Assembly (NCBI GenBank): GCA_965233585.1
Contig: CBDDTI010000729.1
Span: 64,001-128,000 of the forward strand
Direction: 5' to 3'
DNA: 64,000 nucleotides
Source of the DNA: a bacterium
GTDB taxonomy: Bacteria; SAR324; NAC60-12
Below, piece after piece: positions 61,721 through 64,000 of the stretch. The notes beneath the pieces were generated by a model. That model had not been told where the DNA came from. It was given only the letters and a program-made list of their open reading frames with translations, and did not search any database. The position numbers and the translations under genes were made by a program. Position 1 is the stretch's first letter; the number at the start of each line of letters is the position of its first letter.

Positions 61721-63148
61721 ATGTCCCTTGTGATTTACAACTCTTTAGCAAGACAGGAAGAAAAATTTCAACCCATCGTCCCCCAACGTGTCTCAGCTTA
61801 TGTCTGCGGACCAACAGTTTATGGATTGCCTCATCTTGGTCATGCCAAAACCTACGTCTCATTTGATGTCATCTTCCGTTATCTTCGGCATCAAGGATTC
61901 CAAACCTTTCATGTAGAAAACATCACGGATATTGGACACTTGCTAGATTCTGGAGAAGACCGCATCATCAAAAAATCCAAAGAATTAGGGCAACACCCAA
62001 TGGTTGTTGCAGAATACTACATCCGTCAGTTTGAAGACGCCATGTCTCAGCTCAACGTCATTCCCCCTGACCTCATGCCAAGAGCTTCGGGACACATTCC
62101 AGAACAATTAGACATCATTCAACGTTTGGTTGACTCTCGTCATGCTTACGAAGTGAACGGGTCGGTGTATTTTGATGTGTCTTCGTTGTCAGAATATTGC
62201 AAGCTGTCAGGTCGGTCTTTGGAAAACAATCGTTCAGGGACTCGTGTTGAAAACCGTTCTGAAAAACGCAATCTCAATGACTTTGCCCTCTGGAAAAAAG
62301 CAGATGCTGAAACACAAATTTTTTGGAAAGACCCTTGGAGTGGTGCAGGTTTCCCCGGTTGGCACACAGAATGTGTCGCTATGTCTCTCAAATATCTAGG
62401 AGAACAGTTTGACATTCACGGAGGAGGCATGGATTTAAAATTCCCACACCATGACTGCGAAATCGCCCAAAATGACGCACTACAACTACCCTTTGCAAAA
62501 TACTGGATTCATACCAATTTGCTGAATATTGGAGAACAAAAGATGAGCAAATCTCTCAACAACTTTGTCAACTTAAACGAGGCATTAGAACAACATTCGC
62601 CTGAAGTTTTACGTTACTTCATCGTCTCTGCTCATTATCGTTCTGTCTTGGAGTACAATCCCAATGCTCTTGAGTCTGCAAAAAATTCACAGCAAAAGCT
62701 CAATCAGTCTTTGCAAAAACTACGGACGTTCAAACAGACTGAAGGCAAAAGGCAGTTCTTCCAAAACTATCAACTCCAATTTTGCAACGCCATGAATCAA
62801 GATTTTGCAACACCCCAAGCCTTAGCTGTTCTCTTTGAACTCAACAAAGAAATCAACAAACTTTTTGAAACACCGACTCCCAACCCTGAAGCCATTGCAG
62901 ATGCTGAAACCTTGTTGACAGAACTTGGGGGTGATATTTTGGGAATTTTCCCAACGCATCAATCCCAGACAAGCCCCAAAGAACATCAGCTTTTGCAGAC
63001 CACAATGCAAATGCTCATCTCTTTGAGAAACGAGGCAAGAGACCATCAAAATTACGCCTTGTCAGACAAAATTAGAGACGAACTGGCTGAAGCAGGTGTG
63101 ACTTTGGAAGACACAAAAAACTTTGGAACAAAGTGGTCATGGAAGTAG
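61721..63148 (+). CDS. cysS: Cysteine-tRNA ligase
   Basis: [30 protein letters not shown]. Confidence 0.96.
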   Translation: MSLVIYNSLARQEEKFQPIVPQRVSAYVCGPTVYGLPHLGHAKTYVSFDVIFRYLRHQGFQTFHVENITDIGHLLDSGEDRIIKKSKELGQHPMVVAEYYIRQFEDAMSQLNVIPPDLMPRASGHIPEQLDIIQRLVDSRHAYEVNGSVYFDVSSLSEYCKLSGRSLENNRSGTRVENRSEKRNLNDFALWKKADAETQIFWKDPWSGAGFPGWHTECVAMSLKYLGEQFDIHGGGMDLKFPHHDCEIAQNDALQLPFAKYWIHTNLLNIGEQKMSKSLNNFVNLNEALEQHSPEVLRYFIVSAHYRSVLEYNPNALESAKNSQQKLNQSLQKLRTFKQTEGKRQFFQNYQLQFCNAMNQDFATPQALAVLFELNKEINKLFETPTPNPEAIADAETLLTELGGDILGIFPTHQSQTSPKEHQLLQTTMQMLISLRNEARDHQNYALSDKIRDELAEAGVTLEDTKNFGTKWSWK

Positions 63149-64000
63149 CCCCATCAAAATTAAGACGATATTTGGGAGTGTTTTGGAGTGCCTTGTGCTT
63201 CCTTAACCCCTTTTACAAAGGCAGTCCTCAGGACATTAAGATGCGGTTTCGCAGCCTCTTGTTCAGGTACAAAGGGCTGGTGTTCACTAGCTTACTCTGC
63301 ATGGTTGGTTACAATTTGTTCAATGCTGTCCCTGCCTTTTATATCAAAGACATTGTTGATGCTCTTTCATCAAAGCCTGAACTAGACAATTTTTTTATCG
63401 TTGGCATAGGCGTCATGTTGGTTTTTGGCTTAAAAGGGTTTTTTGCCTTTGGGCAGACTTTTACGATGGGACTAGCTGTTCAAAAACTGGTCAAAGACCT
63501 AAGAGACAAACTTTTTGTGCATCTGCAAAAACTCTCTCCTTCTTTCTTCTCCCGCTTCCAAACAGGTGACATTGTAGCACGTTTCACCAATGACACCTCA
63601 TCACTACAAGACTCTTTGAACGTCAGCATTACAGGACCAATCCGAGACATTCCTGCCATTGGGCTATTCTTTGTCATTATGATTTACAGAAGTTGGGAGT
63701 TGTTCCTTGTAACCTTGTTTGTCTTACCTCCTGCAGCAATTTTGATTCAACTATTTGGCAAAAAAAATGGCGAGGCAGTGGACAACAGACAACGTGAAAT
63801 TGGGAAACTAGGCTCATTCCTCACTGAAAATGTCACAGGCATTCGGGTTGTGCAAGCCTTTGGAATGGAACAACACGAAGTCCAATCGTTTCAACAACAC
63901 AACAAACGTCTGTTTTCAAGCTACATGAGAACCATTGGCATTGAATCTCTTTCTTCTCCTTTTATTGAGATTGTCGGTGCGGCAGTGGGTGCTATCGTTC
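63139..64000 (+). CDS. ABC exporter transmembrane domain (MsbA-like), runs off window end
   Basis: Hand translation from ATG 63139: ..DLRDKLFVHLQKLSPSFF..TGDIVARFTND..GIRVVQAFGME. Confidence 0.88.
   Translation, partial: MEVAPSKLRRYLGVFWSALCFLNPFYKGSPQDIKMRFRSLLFRYKGLVFTSLLCMVGYNLFNAVPAFYIKDIVDALSSKPELDNFFIVGIGVMLVFGLKGFFAFGQTFTMGLAVQKLVKDLRDKLFVHLQKLSPSFFSRFQTGDIVARFTNDTSSLQDSLNVSITGPIRDIPAIGLFFVIMIYRSWELFLVTLFVLPPAAILIQLFGKKNGEAVDNRQREIGKLGSFLTENVTGIRVVQAFGMEQHEVQSFQQHNKRLFSSYMRTIGIESLSSPFIEIVGAAVGAIV

Overview
AT-rich bacterial chromosome segment. A deltaproteobacteria/SAR324-like origin is suggested by gene content only and is a weak inference. Most genes are housekeeping: hisC, folE, pyrF, cheY, gltBD, large NAD-GDH, rlmE, zapA plus 6S RNA, ligA, mgtE, DAHP synthase, purF, cysS and three tRNAs. 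Three accessory patches interrupt them. (1) At ~12.6-15.7 kb, coiled-coil genes lie among palindromic repeats. (2) At ~37.9-39.7 kb, an IS1-truncated MuF/PBECR-like RNase domain converges on two 87-nt structured RNA copies that show compensatory base changes and sit behind near-consensus sigma70 promoters. (3) At ~51.5-57.3 kb, a tRNA-adjacent defence island carries a restriction-methylase gene linked to an S-subunit gene by a textbook-looking -1 ribosomal frameshift signal, followed by a HEPN (RxxxxH) gene split by an intact IS1. Other oddities are a glutamine-synthetase-fold pseudoenzyme with a ~78-aa helical insertion, a 6S RNA with ~100 extra structured nt, and a LigA with a degenerate NAD-binding subdomain Ia. 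All family calls come from motif recognition by eye, with no database search.
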